64,000 nucleotides of DNA. Source: Candidatus Latescibacterota bacterium (GTDB lineage Bacteria > Latescibacterota > UBA2968 > UBA8231). Both the position numbers and the translations under genes were made by a program. Location of the stretch: positions 480,001 to 544,000 of the forward strand of contig CBDCXV010000009.1 in NCBI GenBank assembly GCA_965223905.1, in the 5' to 3' direction. A model generated the notes under the pieces. The model had not been told where the DNA came from, did no database searches, and saw only the letters and a program-made list of their open reading frames with translations. This document shows, piece by piece, positions 23,943 to 34,652 of this stretch; position 1 is the first letter of the stretch, and each line of letters begins with the position of its first letter.

Positions 23943-25406
23943 GGCTATATACGGGTTTTTCAACGTGGTATTTATAGCGTTTCCCCAATGAGATTTTTAG
24001 GGTTTCATACTGTACGGAATCGGGCCGGAATCTGCGCAGGGATATCGAGGTCTCCGACGCACAGGTAAATCAGGTCGGCAAAGGCATCCAGAGTTTTAAA
24101 TCCACTGGCTCGATTCTTGACCATGCGGATAATGCGATTGAGCCCTTCGGCGGCGGCGTTGGTCAGGTGCGTGTCGACGAAGGCGGTGATGCCGGCCGCC
24201 TGCTTGCGCACCGTGTTGACGAACTTGCGCAGGGGCTGCAGGCGGCTGCGCAGGGCCGCCGTCGTCCACTTCTTGAGGAAGCGTTCGGCGGCCCAGCGCG
24301 CCTTGTAGCGCCAGAAGTGCTCGAACTCGTCCTTCAGGCGCCAGGCGCGGTAGATGCGGCGGTTGGCCTTCTCCAGGGTTTGGAGCGTGCGCCGATCCTT
24401 TCGCGAGCGCTGGGCGGAGTGATGCAGCAGCACCCAGCGCAGGCCCTTGAGCAGCTTGCGGTCCTCGCCACAGGCTTGCCGCCACTGCTCCTTGCGCACC
24501 TCGTCGACGGCTTCGTTGAGGGCCTTGACGACGTGGAATCGGTCCAGGACCAACTCGGCGTTGGGACCATGCTGCCGGATGGCGCCGATGAAGGTCTCGC
24601 TCAGGTCGCAGCAGGCCCAGCGGATGCGGTCCTTCTGGAAGGCGCTGAGATGGTCCCGGAAAAACGCGTCGATGGTCTTCCGTGCCTTGCCCTTGCCGAC
24701 CCAGACGACACGGGAGCGTTCCAGGTCGTAGACCAGGGTAGCGTATTTATGGCCCTTGGCGTAGGAGATCTCGTCGATGCCGAGGGTCTTCAGCCGGCGG
24801 ATGCGGTGCCCCGTACGCCGGCGCTCGATGAGCCGGTGCAGCTGGTCGGACAGGGTCGACGGGGCCAGACCCAGCAGGCGCGCGGCGGCGGCCTGCGTCA
24901 TCCACTGGCAGTACCTCAGCAGCAGGTATTCGAAGCGGTAGCTGACCTGGGCCGAGGGCGCCGCCCAGGGCACCTCCTCGACGCGACGGCCGTGGGTCGG
25001 GCAGCGGATCTCCCGAGGGGCGTGGTGCAACCAGAGGGTACGGCCGCAAACGCGGACGTCGCGCCAGCGGCGGAACTCCATGACCTGTACGATCTTGCCG
25101 CGGCGCCCACACTCGGGACACCGGCACCCGTTCCTTTGGGGCTTCACCGCGACCACGACGGCCGCTTCTTCCCCGTGTCCTTCGAACCACACGCCCACCG
25201 CGCGAAATCCCTTGAATTGGAACAGCTTGGAGACGAACTTCATAGCGGTCATAGGTCGCCTTCCCTTCCCTTTCTTGGGGAGTGCTTGATGGGGATACAC
25301 CAAGCATAGGGAACGACCTATGGCCTTGTCATGTACTCAGATGGACAGCAAGGGCTCAGGTACTTTCCGTACTTACGTTTCGGCGTTGAAAAACCCGGAT
25401 AGACCC
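23943..25406 (-). mobile_element. ISL3-family insertion sequence, copy 1 (1464 bp)
   Basis: Terminal IRs GGCTATATACGGGTTTTTCAACG / GGGTCTATCCGGGTTTTTCAACG (20/23 match). 8-bp target duplication ACTGTTAG at 23935-23942 and 25407-25414. Confidence 0.95.
24005..25252 (-). CDS. ISL3-family transposase
   Basis: Zn finger CPECG...CPTHG, 'LGIDE', 'CCDL', 'DRFHV', 'TNAAAEGLNRII'. ATG start chosen after the GGAAGG RBS. Confidence 0.95.
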   Translation of the reverse strand: MTAMKFVSKLFQFKGFRAVGVWFEGHGEEAAVVVAVKPQRNGCRCPECGRRGKIVQVMEFRRWRDVRVCGRTLWLHHAPREIRCPTHGRRVEEVPWAAPSAQVSYRFEYLLLRYCQWMTQAAAARLLGLAPSTLSDQLHRLIERRRTGHRIRRLKTLGIDEISYAKGHKYATLVYDLERSRVVWVGKGKARKTIDAFFRDHLSAFQKDRIRWACCDLSETFIGAIRQHGPNAELVLDRFHVVKALNEAVDEVRKEQWRQACGEDRKLLKGLRWVLLHHSAQRSRKDRRTLQTLEKANRRIYRAWRLKDEFEHFWRYKARWAAERFLKKWTTAALRSRLQPLRKFVNTVRKQAAGITAFVDTHLTNAAAEGLNRIIRMVKNRASGFKTLDAFADLIYLCVGDLDIPAQIPARFRTV

Positions 25407-26270
25407 ACTGTTAGCAGTCCTGATGCCTGAACTCGCCGGTCCTCTGAATCTTCCCGCGTTCTATCTTCCAGCTAGCCGCACCGGTGTGATGCACGCGCAC
25501 AGCGTGGTCGTCAGCGCCATGATCGGAAGCGCGCCGATGACAGGTCTGCGGCCAGCAGCGGCCACCCCAATGCTTTCGGGTGTTTTGGCGGATTTCCTGC
25601 AACAGTTGATCGAAATCGACCGTCCGCGGATTGAAATTGGAAGGGTCGGTTCGAGGTGGAGCCGTCCGCCGTTTGCCCAGCACGGCGGGTTACTCGCTGG
25701 GAGGATCGAAGAAGCTATTCTCGGGGGGTCGGTGCGCGTCGATAGATCCGAGACGATCGGCTATCCGCATTTCACCTACCAGCCAACGGGATGGAGAAAA
25801 CCCCTGCCCCTGATGAACGCATCGTCGATGGTCTCGGAACTCGCGCCGGTAGTGCTGTACCTGCGCCACGTCGTTCAATCCGGCGAGACCTTGGTTATAG
25901 AGGAGCCGGAGTCGCACCTGCATCCGGCCATGCAGGTCGAGTTCACCCGCCAGCTTGCGGCGCTCGTTAAAGCCGGGGTCAGGGTGATCGTCACCACCCA
26001 CAGCGAGTGGGTGCTGGAGGAACTCGCCAACATTGTGCGGCGCTCCGAACTTCCCGCCGCCCGCCGCAAGGAAATCCCCCGGGGCGAATCCGCGCTTCGT
26101 TCCGACCAGGTGGGGGCATGGCTGTTCGAACCGAAGCGCCGCCCCAAGGGTTCGATTGTAAGGGAAATCCGGCTCGACGATTCCGGGCTCTACCCAACTG
26201 AATTCGACGAGGTCGCGCGGATCCTCCACAACGACTGGGCCGACATTTCAAGTTGGATCGGAGATGCCGA

Positions 26271-26750
26271 ATGACGGGGTTGGTGGAGACGGTTCGAGGG
26301 AAAGTCGAGAACACCTGTGTCAGGAGCGGACGCCTGCGAAGGGAAGGATGCACGGTTTCCTTGCAAGGTGCTCCGCAACTGAGACTGGTCATCGATTTCG
26401 ACAAACCCGGCTCTCCACTTGAGCGCCAGCAGACACGCTGCGACTACCTGTTCGTCGCCGAAGTCCCCGCCAAGTCTGGTTGGCTTGCGCCGCTGGAGTT
26501 GAAGCGCGGGAAATTGGACGCCAGCGAAGTCGTCGGACAGCTCAAAGCAGGTGCCCGCGCCGCGGAACAGCTTGTGCCGGACACGATGCCGGTCAACTTT
26601 CGCCCCATTGCAGCCTTCGGCGGCGGCATTACCAAGGCGGAACGGAACGCATTGAGGGACAAACGAAACAAAGTACGGTTCCATGATGCCGCCGAGCCCG
26701 TCCGATTGATCAAATGCCGCGAGAAACTGATTCAGGGGCTCCTACCGTGA
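26271..26750 (+). CDS. Hypothetical protein, probable PD-(D/E)xK nuclease partner of the upstream ATPase
   Basis: ATGA overlap with the ATPase stop; motif 'CDYLFV...PLELKRG...QL'. Confidence 0.6.
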   Translation: MTGLVETVRGKVENTCVRSGRLRREGCTVSLQGAPQLRLVIDFDKPGSPLERQQTRCDYLFVAEVPAKSGWLAPLELKRGKLDASEVVGQLKAGARAAEQLVPDTMPVNFRPIAAFGGGITKAERNALRDKRNKVRFHDAAEPVRLIKCREKLIQGLLP

Positions 26751-27008
26751 CGCGGCGGTAGGCCAGCTTTACGGCAGGCTCTCCGAGGATCGCGTCCGTG
26801 AGTTTCTTTCCGTTCGCGATTTGGCTGCTGACGACCTCGAAGTACTCCGTTGCGTCGTCGATAACGCCAAGTTGTATTTCAGCAGACCCGTGGACTTTGA
26901 CCGTGCTTGGCAGGAAGAACTGGGCGATGAAGAATAATGTGGGTTTGATTTCTCCCTCCTTATCCTTGGAGTTTGCTGCCTAGCCCCTCACAGCCGGAGA
27001 GCGATATC

Positions 27009-28136
27009 TTGATCGGACAGAGGCTCAAGCTCTCACGTACCGCAGCCGGCGTGTCCCTTCGCGGCCTGGAGGAACGCATCGGAAACCGCGTAACGGCGCA
27101 GGCGATCGGCAAGTACGAGCGCGACGAATCCATGCCGAGCTCAGGAATCCTCATTGCGCTGGCCGATGCCCTTTCGGTCCCGGTGGACTACTTGGTCGGT
27201 GACCAGGAAATGGTTCTGGAGGCGGTCGAGTTCCGAAAAAAGAAGATCACGGGCAAGCGTGAGGAGGCGCAGGTCGAGGCAAAGGTCCTGCATCTGCTGG
27301 AGCGCTACCTCATGGTCGAGGAGTTTCTCGGGCTGACCAGCATCAACTGGGACAAGCCCCGGGAAGCCCCCTACCCTATCGTCAGCGACCCCGGGGAGGC
27401 CGATCGGGCCGCTCACAGCCTCCGCTTGTACTGGGGCCTGGGACTCGACCCTATCCCCAATCTGGTTGAGCTGATGGAAGAGCACGGTATCAAGGTGCTT
27501 TCATGTCCCCTCGGGAAGATCGACGGGCTTACGGCCCGGGTGCGCCGCGCCGGCAGCATCCCGGTTCCCGTTCTCGTTGTGAACGACAGCGACTGGGGAG
27601 AGCGGCAGCGGTTGACGATGGCGCACGAGCTTGGACATCTGGTCCTGGAAGTAGCCCCAAAGGTAGATGCCGAAAGGGCCGCCTTCCGGTTCGCCGGAGC
27701 ATTCCCGATGCCCGCCGAGGCCCTGTGGGCGGCCATGGGCAAGCGCCGCAGTTCCATCGGCTGGGAGGAACTCTTTGACCTCAAGCAGCTATTCGGCGTG
27801 AGCGTTCAGGCACTCACCTATCGGTGCAAGGATCTTGGAATCTTCAGCGAAACCTTGTACCGGCGGCTGTTCAAGGACATCTCGCAATTAGGCTGGCGCA
27901 CGCCTCCCTACCGGGAGCCCCTCGCCATGAAGAGGGAGGAGCCCCGACGTTTCGAGCGCCTGTGCTTCCGTGCTCTGGCCGAAGGCGCGGTCTCCGAAGC
28001 CAAGGCTGCGGAGCTGCTAGAAATTTCGGCCCACGAACTGAACCAGCGCATGGAAGAGCCGCCGGCCATGGAAGAGTCGCCAGACCTGGAGTATGCGGGC
28101 CATGAAGGTGCTGGTCTCGGACACCTTCCGTCCTGA
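27009..28136 (+). CDS. XRE-family HTH regulator fused to ImmA/IrrE (M78) metallopeptidase
   Basis: N-terminal HTH (IGQRLKLSR...AIGKYERDESMP) and HELGH Zn motif. TTG 27009 follows GGAGA. Confidence 0.9.
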   Translation: MIGQRLKLSRTAAGVSLRGLEERIGNRVTAQAIGKYERDESMPSSGILIALADALSVPVDYLVGDQEMVLEAVEFRKKKITGKREEAQVEAKVLHLLERYLMVEEFLGLTSINWDKPREAPYPIVSDPGEADRAAHSLRLYWGLGLDPIPNLVELMEEHGIKVLSCPLGKIDGLTARVRRAGSIPVPVLVVNDSDWGERQRLTMAHELGHLVLEVAPKVDAERAAFRFAGAFPMPAEALWAAMGKRRSSIGWEELFDLKQLFGVSVQALTYRCKDLGIFSETLYRRLFKDISQLGWRTPPYREPLAMKREEPRRFERLCFRALAEGAVSEAKAAELLEISAHELNQRMEEPPAMEESPDLEYAGHEGAGLGHLPS

Positions 28137-28146
28137 TTGACCTGAG
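28102..28146 (+). pseudogene. 5' remnant of a PIN-domain toxin gene
   Basis: Reads MKVLVSDT(+1 nt)SVLIDL, a typical PIN N-terminus, overlapping the XRE-ImmA end. The rest of the gene is absent. Confidence 0.5.
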
Positions 28147-28928
28147 CAAGGAGAGGAAACATCAACCGCAAAAAGCTCATCGAGGTCGCCCTGCCTCTCG
28201 ACGCCATCAACGCCGCGTCGGCGCGAGAGAAGTCGATCCGGCACGGGCACCCGAGCACCCTGCATCTCTGGTGGGCGCGCCGGCCCCTGGCCGCGGCGCG
28301 GGCGGTGATCTTCGCGCAGATGGTGGACGATCCCTCGGCCTGCCCCGAGGAGTTCCCCACCGAGGCGGACCAGAAGCAGGAGCGGGAGCGGTTGTTCCGC
28401 CTCATCGAGGAGCTGGTCCGCTGGGAGAACACCACCAACGAGGAGCTGCTGGAACAGGCGCGGGCGGAGATCCGCCGGAGCTGGGGCCGCACCTGCGCCG
28501 AAAATGCCGGGCATCCGCGCGCCGCCGAGCTGTTCGACCCGGACCGGCTGCCGGCCTTCCACGACCCCTTCGCGGGCGGCGGCGCTTTGCCGCTGGAGGC
28601 GCAGCGCCTGGGGCTGGAGGCCCATGCCAGCGACCTCAACCCGGTGGCGGTGCTCATCAACAAGGCGATGATCGAGATCCCGCCGAAGTTCGCCGGCAGG
28701 CCGCCGGTCAACCCGGAGGCCCGGCCCGGCGGGTCGTCGGCCCAAGCGTCGCTGATCGAACGCGGCTGGACCGGCGCCCAGGGGCTCGCCGAGGACGTGC
28801 GCTACTACGGGCAGTGGATGCGCGACGAGGCGGAGCGGCGCATCGGGCATCTGTATCCGCCGGTCGAGGTCACCGCCGAGATGGTGCGGGAGCGGCCCGA
28901 CCTCAAGCAGTACCAGGGCCGCAAGCTG

Positions 28929-28960
<32 letters not shown>

Positions 28961-29652
28961 GAAGAGCCCGAACCCGGCCTTCGCCGACGTCGACGTGCCG
29001 CTGGTCTCGACCTTCATGCTGTCGACGAAGCGGGGCAAGGAGGCTTATGTCGAGCCGGTGATCGAGGGGCGCGGGTACCGGTTCGCAGTGAAGGTGGGGA
29101 AGCCGCAGGATGCCGAGGCTGCCAAAGCGGGGTCCAAGTCTGGAGGAAGTGGCAAGCCATTTCTCTGCCTCCTCTCGAGTACCCCCATGCCGTTTGAATA
29201 CTTGCGGTCGGAGGCAAAATCCGGGCGGATGGGTGCCCGTTTGATGGCCATTGTCGCCGAAGGAGACCGAGGGCGCGTGTATCTGACGCCAACGGCGGAG
29301 CACGAGGCCATGGCAGAAGAGGCAGAACCGCAATGGACACCTGATACGAATTTACCGGAGCGGGCGCTGGGCTTTCGAGTTCAGGAATACGGCATGATTA
29401 TGTGGCGCGACCTTTTCACTCCCCGCCAACTCGTCGCCCTGACCACCTTCTCCGACTTGGTGGCGGAAGCAATGGAACGGGTCAAGCAGGATGCCGTCGC
29501 CGATGCTTCCGTGGACCACTCCCTGCGTAACCGGGGCGGGACACGGCCTGCCAAGTCCCGCTCAGAAGCGGATGCAGTGGAAGGCCGCGAGCCTAATGCA
29601 GCCGATATTCCCGAAAACGGTCAGCTCCCCCAGAATGGAGATGCCGGATTTC

Positions 29653-31116
29653 GGGTCTATCCGGGTTTTTCAACGCCGAAACGTAAGTACGGAAAGTACC
29701 TGAGCCCTTGCTGTCCATCTGAGTACATGACAAGGCCATAGGTCGTTCCCTATGCTTGGTGTATCCCCATCAAGCACTCCCCAAGAAAGGGAAGGGAAGG
29801 CGACCTATGACCGCTATGAAGTTCGTCTCCAAGCTGTTCCAATTCAAGGGATTTCGCGCGGTGGGCGTGTGGTTCGAAGGACACGGGGAAGAAGCGGCCG
29901 TCGTGGTCGCGGTGAAGCCCCAAAGGAACGGGTGCCGGTGTCCCGAGTGTGGGCGCCGCGGCAAGATCGTACAGGTCATGGAGTTCCGCCGCTGGCGCGA
30001 CGTCCGCGTTTGCGGCCGTACCCTCTGGTTGCACCACGCCCCTCGGGAGATCCGCTGCCCGACCCACGGCCGTCGCGTCGAGGAGGTGCCCTGGGCGGCG
30101 CCCTCGGCCCAGGTCAGCTACCGCTTCGAATACCTGCTGCTGAGGTACTGCCAGTGGATGACGCAGGCCGCCGCCGCGCGCCTGCTGGGTCTGGCCCCGT
30201 CGACCCTGTCCGACCAGCTGCACCGGCTCATCGAGCGCCGGCGTACGGGGCACCGCATCCGCCGGCTGAAGACCCTCGGCATCGACGAGATCTCCTACGC
30301 CAAGGGCCATAAATACGCTACCCTGGTCTACGACCTGGAACGCTCCCGTGTCGTCTGGGTCGGCAAGGGCAAGGCACGGAAGACCATCGACGCGTTTTTC
30401 CGGGACCATCTCAGCGCCTTCCAGAAGGACCGCATCCGCTGGGCCTGCTGCGACCTGAGCGAGACCTTCATCGGCGCCATCCGGCAGCATGGTCCCAACG
30501 CCGAGTTGGTCCTGGACCGATTCCACGTCGTCAAGGCCCTCAACGAAGCCGTCGACGAGGTGCGCAAGGAGCAGTGGCGGCAAGCCTGTGGCGAGGACCG
30601 CAAGCTGCTCAAGGGCCTGCGCTGGGTGCTGCTGCATCACTCCGCCCAGCGCTCGCGAAAGGATCGGCGCACGCTCCAAACCCTGGAGAAGGCCAACCGC
30701 CGCATCTACCGCGCCTGGCGCCTGAAGGACGAGTTCGAGCACTTCTGGCGCTACAAGGCGCGCTGGGCCGCCGAACGCTTCCTCAAGAAGTGGACGACGG
30801 CGGCCCTGCGCAGCCGCCTGCAGCCCCTGCGCAAGTTCGTCAACACGGTGCGCAAGCAGGCGGCCGGCATCACCGCCTTCGTCGACACGCACCTGACCAA
30901 CGCCGCCGCCGAAGGGCTCAATCGCATTATCCGCATGGTCAAGAATCGAGCCAGTGGATTTAAAACTCTGGATGCCTTTGCCGACCTGATTTACCTGTGC
31001 GTCGGAGACCTCGATATCCCTGCGCAGATTCCGGCCCGATTCCGTACAGTATGAAACCCTAAAAATCTCATTGGGGAAACGCTATAAATACCACGTTGAA
31101 AAACCCGTATATAGCC
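29653..31116 (+). mobile_element. ISL3-family insertion sequence, copy 2 (1464 bp)
   Basis: Same IRs as copy 1; target duplication CGGATTTC at 29645-29652 and 31117-31124. Confidence 0.95.
29807..31054 (+). CDS. ISL3-family transposase
   Basis: Translation identical to copies 1 and 3 in the ORF track. Confidence 0.95.
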   Translation: MTAMKFVSKLFQFKGFRAVGVWFEGHGEEAAVVVAVKPQRNGCRCPECGRRGKIVQVMEFRRWRDVRVCGRTLWLHHAPREIRCPTHGRRVEEVPWAAPSAQVSYRFEYLLLRYCQWMTQAAAARLLGLAPSTLSDQLHRLIERRRTGHRIRRLKTLGIDEISYAKGHKYATLVYDLERSRVVWVGKGKARKTIDAFFRDHLSAFQKDRIRWACCDLSETFIGAIRQHGPNAELVLDRFHVVKALNEAVDEVRKEQWRQACGEDRKLLKGLRWVLLHHSAQRSRKDRRTLQTLEKANRRIYRAWRLKDEFEHFWRYKARWAAERFLKKWTTAALRSRLQPLRKFVNTVRKQAAGITAFVDTHLTNAAAEGLNRIIRMVKNRASGFKTLDAFADLIYLCVGDLDIPAQIPARFRTV

Positions 31117-32688
31117 CGGATTTCCTGACGACGACATCGGCCTCAATGAGGAGGGCTGCGGAGCCACCGCGTATGCCGAGGCAGTGGGGGTGTATCTGAC
31201 GTTTGCATTGTCGAAGCTCGCCGACAGGGGATCGACAATCTGTACTTGGTTTACCGAGCGTGATTCCACGCGGAACACTTTCGCCCGCCAGAGCATCCCG
31301 ATGACTTGGGATTTTGCTGAACTCAACATGCTGCTCGGTGGAACTGGCAGTTTCCTCGGTGCGGTCCAATGGACCGCCGAGAGCATTGATGGAGTCGCCG
31401 CCGGATGCGGCTCATCATTCGGTGCAGGCACCCAAAGCGATGCGGCCCATCAGTCGTTGAGCACCAACAAGATCATCTCAACCGACCCGCCCTACTATGA
31501 CAACATCGGCTACGCCGATTTATCGGATTTTTTCTACGTCTGGCTGCGCCGCTCGTTGAGGTCAACTTTTCCCGATCTCTTCGCCACAATGGCCGTACCA
31601 AAGGCGGAGGAATTGGTCGCCACACCATACCGGCATGGGAACAAGGAAGGAGCGGAAGCATTTTTCCTGGCGGGTATGACCGAGGCGATGCGCCGCCTTG
31701 CGGAGCAGGGGCATCCCGGTTTCCCAGTCTCCATCTACTACGCATTCAAACAGTCCGAGACCAAGGGTGACACCGGGATTTCCAGTACCGGCTGGGAGAC
31801 TTTCCTGGCAGCGGTGATCCAGTCAGGCTTCGCCGTCACCGGCACTTGGCCGATGCGCACCGAGCTCGGTAACCGCATGATTGGCATGGGCACCAACGCC
31901 CTCGCCTCCAGCATCGTCTTGGTCTGCCGCAAACGCCCGAAAGACGCACCCCTGGCCACCCGCCGCGAGTTCGTCGCCGCCCTGAAGGCCGAGCTTCCCG
32001 CGGCCCTCGCCCACCTGCAATCCGGCAACATCGCCCCGGTTGATCTCGCCCAGGCCGCCATCGGCCCCGGCATGGCGGTCTACACCCGCTACGCCAAGGT
32101 GCTCGACGCCCAGGGCAACCCCGTGTCCGTGCGCGACGCCCTGGCTCTGATCAACCATACCCTCGACGAGGTCCTGGCCGAGCAGGAAGGGGAATTCGAC
32201 GCCGACACGCGCTGGGCCCTGGCCTGGTTCGAGCAGCAGGGCTTCACCGCCGGCGAGTACGGCGTGGCCGAGACCCTGTCCACTGCCAAGAACACCAGCG
32301 TCGCGGGGATGGTGGAGGCGGGCATACTGGAGTCGAGGGCCGGCAAGGTGCGGCTGCTCCGCCCCGAAGAGCTGCCCGAGGACTGGGATCCGGCCGCCGA
32401 CCGCCGGCTTCCCGTCTGGGAGGTCGTCCACCACCTCGTGCGCGTTCTGGAATCCCACGGCGAGACAGGGGCAGCCCGCCTCGTCAGGCAACTCGGCGGC
32501 GTCGCCGAAACCGCCCGCGAGCTCGCCTACCGCCTGTACACGGTGGCGGAGCGCAAGAACCGCGCCGCGGAAGCGCTGTCCTACAACGCCCTGGTCCAGA
32601 GCTGGCCGGAGATCGCGCGCCTGGCGCGGCAGGAAGCGCCGGACGAGCAGGGCGGACTGTTCGGAGAAGATGATCCGGCAGGTGGAAC

Positions 32689-33339
32689 ATGAGCGCGGTC
32701 CATGGATCGTGGTGCAATGCGGTTACCTGGCGGACCAAGTGCCGTTACTGCAGAGAACAAATCTTCTTCTTTCACTGCGACTGCGGATCGGGGGTTTTCT
32801 TCGACGAATTGGGGCCTCCTTGGCCTATCCATGACTGCGACACATCCTGGGCGCGTAACCTGAACCGTTAGAAAGACGATTCCGGCGGGCTCAACGTTGA
32901 AATCGCACCGGGAATCACGGTCCGGCGGGCACCGGAGGGATCGATAGACCACGGGGTTGTATCGAGAGCCGTACGCCAAGAAAGGCGGCCCGATCCCATA
33001 CAGGCGGTAAAACCGGAAGGCCCTGAGGATATCACTGTAATCGGAATACTCAGGGAACTGCAGGTTGAAGTCGATGTGGCACCATCACTGAGGCTGCCGG
33101 AGACTTCGATGGCATCTGGATTTCTGGGAAAACTGGCGACCGGGAGATGGGGGAAGGTCACCATACACGCCCAGTCACCAGACGAGGATGTGCTCAACAG
33201 TTACACCGTCTGGGTGCGAAGCGAAGCTTTATCAGAGGTGGGGAATTCCCGGGGCCTAACGGTCGAAGCCAAAATTTCCTCTCAATTCATCCCTATAGTT
33301 GGGAATGTCTGGGTAGGCAGTTTCTACGAGGTGCTTTGA
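32689..33339 (+). pseudogene. Hypothetical Cys/His-rich (Zn-binding) protein with one in-frame TAG
   Basis: ATGA overlap with the methylase stop. Motif CRYC...HCDCGS...HDC. After TAG 32869-32871 the same frame stays open to TGA 33339. Confidence 0.65.
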
Positions 33340-33437
33340 TGAACCAATTCAGAGGAGGATGGCTCATTTCTTCGTCATGCCAGTCTCCTACGCCCAACCA
33401 GCTATCCGAAACAGGTTGACGGTGCCCTGACACACCC

Positions 33438-34652
33438 ATGAATGCCCGACCAGACATCAGCGGCCGAGACATCGTGTTGGGACAAGGCTTGGCACCGATT
33501 CCGGAACGCCTACTCCTCGCCCACGCGCGAGGTGAGGTTCTCTTCATTGCAGGTGCCGGCGTTTCACAGTCCGCAGAATTGCCAGACTTTCGCAAGCTGG
33601 TCGTCAAGGTGTACGAAGAGCTGGATTTAGGGATGCATTCCGTTATTTCCAGAATCTCCTTCCTGAATGACAGCCCAAATCCAGATCTATCGAACTTGCA
33701 GAATTGGCAAAAGGCCGAGGTACGGCGTTTCAAGAAAGGGGAATACGATGTCGTCCTGGGCATGCTTGAGCGGAGACTGGAAGGTCAAGAGAAGTCCCAG
33801 AGTCAGGTCAGGAGGATCGTCAGAGAAACACTTCGCCCGACTGGCCTGAAGCCAGCCCCAATTCATGGAAATTTGATGCGTCTTGCCGACCGCGGTGCCG
33901 CGGTAGCAATCATCACGACGAATTTCGACCTGCTCTTTGAAGACGCGGCGAGTAAAATGAGATCCCCGGTCCAGACGTACGCACTTGGAGGCATACCGAG
34001 ACCCAGACCGCCATCGAATCCAGAATTCAATGGCGTGCTGCACATCCATGGTGCCTTGGACCGAAATCCCAATAGGACTTCTGAGCTGATCATTTCCGAT
34101 CAGGACTTCGGCGAGTTCTATCTGCGCAGGCGGATTGTTCCCGATCTGATTTACGACGCCGCACGCTTGTATAACCTGGTACTCGTGGGTTACAGCGCCA
34201 ACGACCCACCAATGAGGTACCTGCTGAACGCTGTCGCTGCGGATGTAGCGCGCTTCCCCGACCTTAAGGAACGATTCGTATTTGTAGGACTGAGGAAAGA
34301 CGATCCCGTAGAACTGGACGACTGGAGGGCTCGAGGGATTACACCGATTCGTTACGAAGTTAAAGATAATGACCACTCCCATCTTCAGCATACACTGGCT
34401 CGATGGGCGGGATTTTCCGCAATAAATGGCAACAGAACCCTAGTCGATCGCGAGCTGAAAAAAATGGTGAGGGTCAGAAGGGCGGAGGCTAGCGACGAAG
34501 AGCGGGATTTATTCGACCACTTGATCCGACGCAGTGAGACAAACGAACGAATTCGTTTGTCCAAGCTTGCCTCCAGGCACAAAGCGGATTTGGGATGGCT
34601 CGACGGCATCGTAGCCGTGTCGTCGGAGGAAAGCGGGAAGGGCAACCGATGA
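33438..34652 (+). CDS. SIR2-like NADase domain protein (N-terminal half of a DSR1-like defence sirtuin)
   Basis: 'FIAGAGVS...LPDF', 'TTNFD', 'LHIHG', 'LVGYSANDPPMRYLL'. Confidence 0.85.
   Translation: MNARPDISGRDIVLGQGLAPIPERLLLAHARGEVLFIAGAGVSQSAELPDFRKLVVKVYEELDLGMHSVISRISFLNDSPNPDLSNLQNWQKAEVRRFKKGEYDVVLGMLERRLEGQEKSQSQVRRIVRETLRPTGLKPAPIHGNLMRLADRGAAVAIITTNFDLLFEDAASKMRSPVQTYALGGIPRPRPPSNPEFNGVLHIHGALDRNPNRTSELIISDQDFGEFYLRRRIVPDLIYDAARLYNLVLVGYSANDPPMRYLLNAVAADVARFPDLKERFVFVGLRKDDPVELDDWRARGITPIRYEVKDNDHSHLQHTLARWAGFSAINGNRTLVDRELKKMVRVRRAEASDEERDLFDHLIRRSETNERIRLSKLASRHKADLGWLDGIVAVSSEESGKGNR

Larger units (their letters stand above)
23306..26274 (+). pseudogene. ABC/AAA_15/21-type ATPase interrupted by ISL3
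   Basis: The N-part has 'NFGPI...GPSNTGKS'; the C-part has 'ASSMVSE...IEEPESHLHP...TTHS'. Removing the IS and one ACTGTTAG copy restores the frame (IRELL|AVLMPEL). Confidence 0.9.

Noticed and set aside
24167-25309. 380-aa antisense ORF inside each ISL3 copy, and many other long opposite-strand ORFs (e.g. 17801-19801, 12177-13733)
   Set aside because: These are shadow ORFs of GC-rich coding regions with no recognisable motifs.
26761-26937. Startless open frame (…EFLSVRDLAADDLEVLRCVVDNAKLYFSRPVDFDRAWQEELGDEE*)
   Set aside because: It looks like a 3' gene remnant but cannot be assigned to any family from sequence alone.
32869-32871. Genome-wide TAG recoding or pyrrolysine
   Set aside because: TAG serves as a normal stop in other genes here (e.g. 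6381, 37384, 40810, 51697), and no pyl genes are visible.
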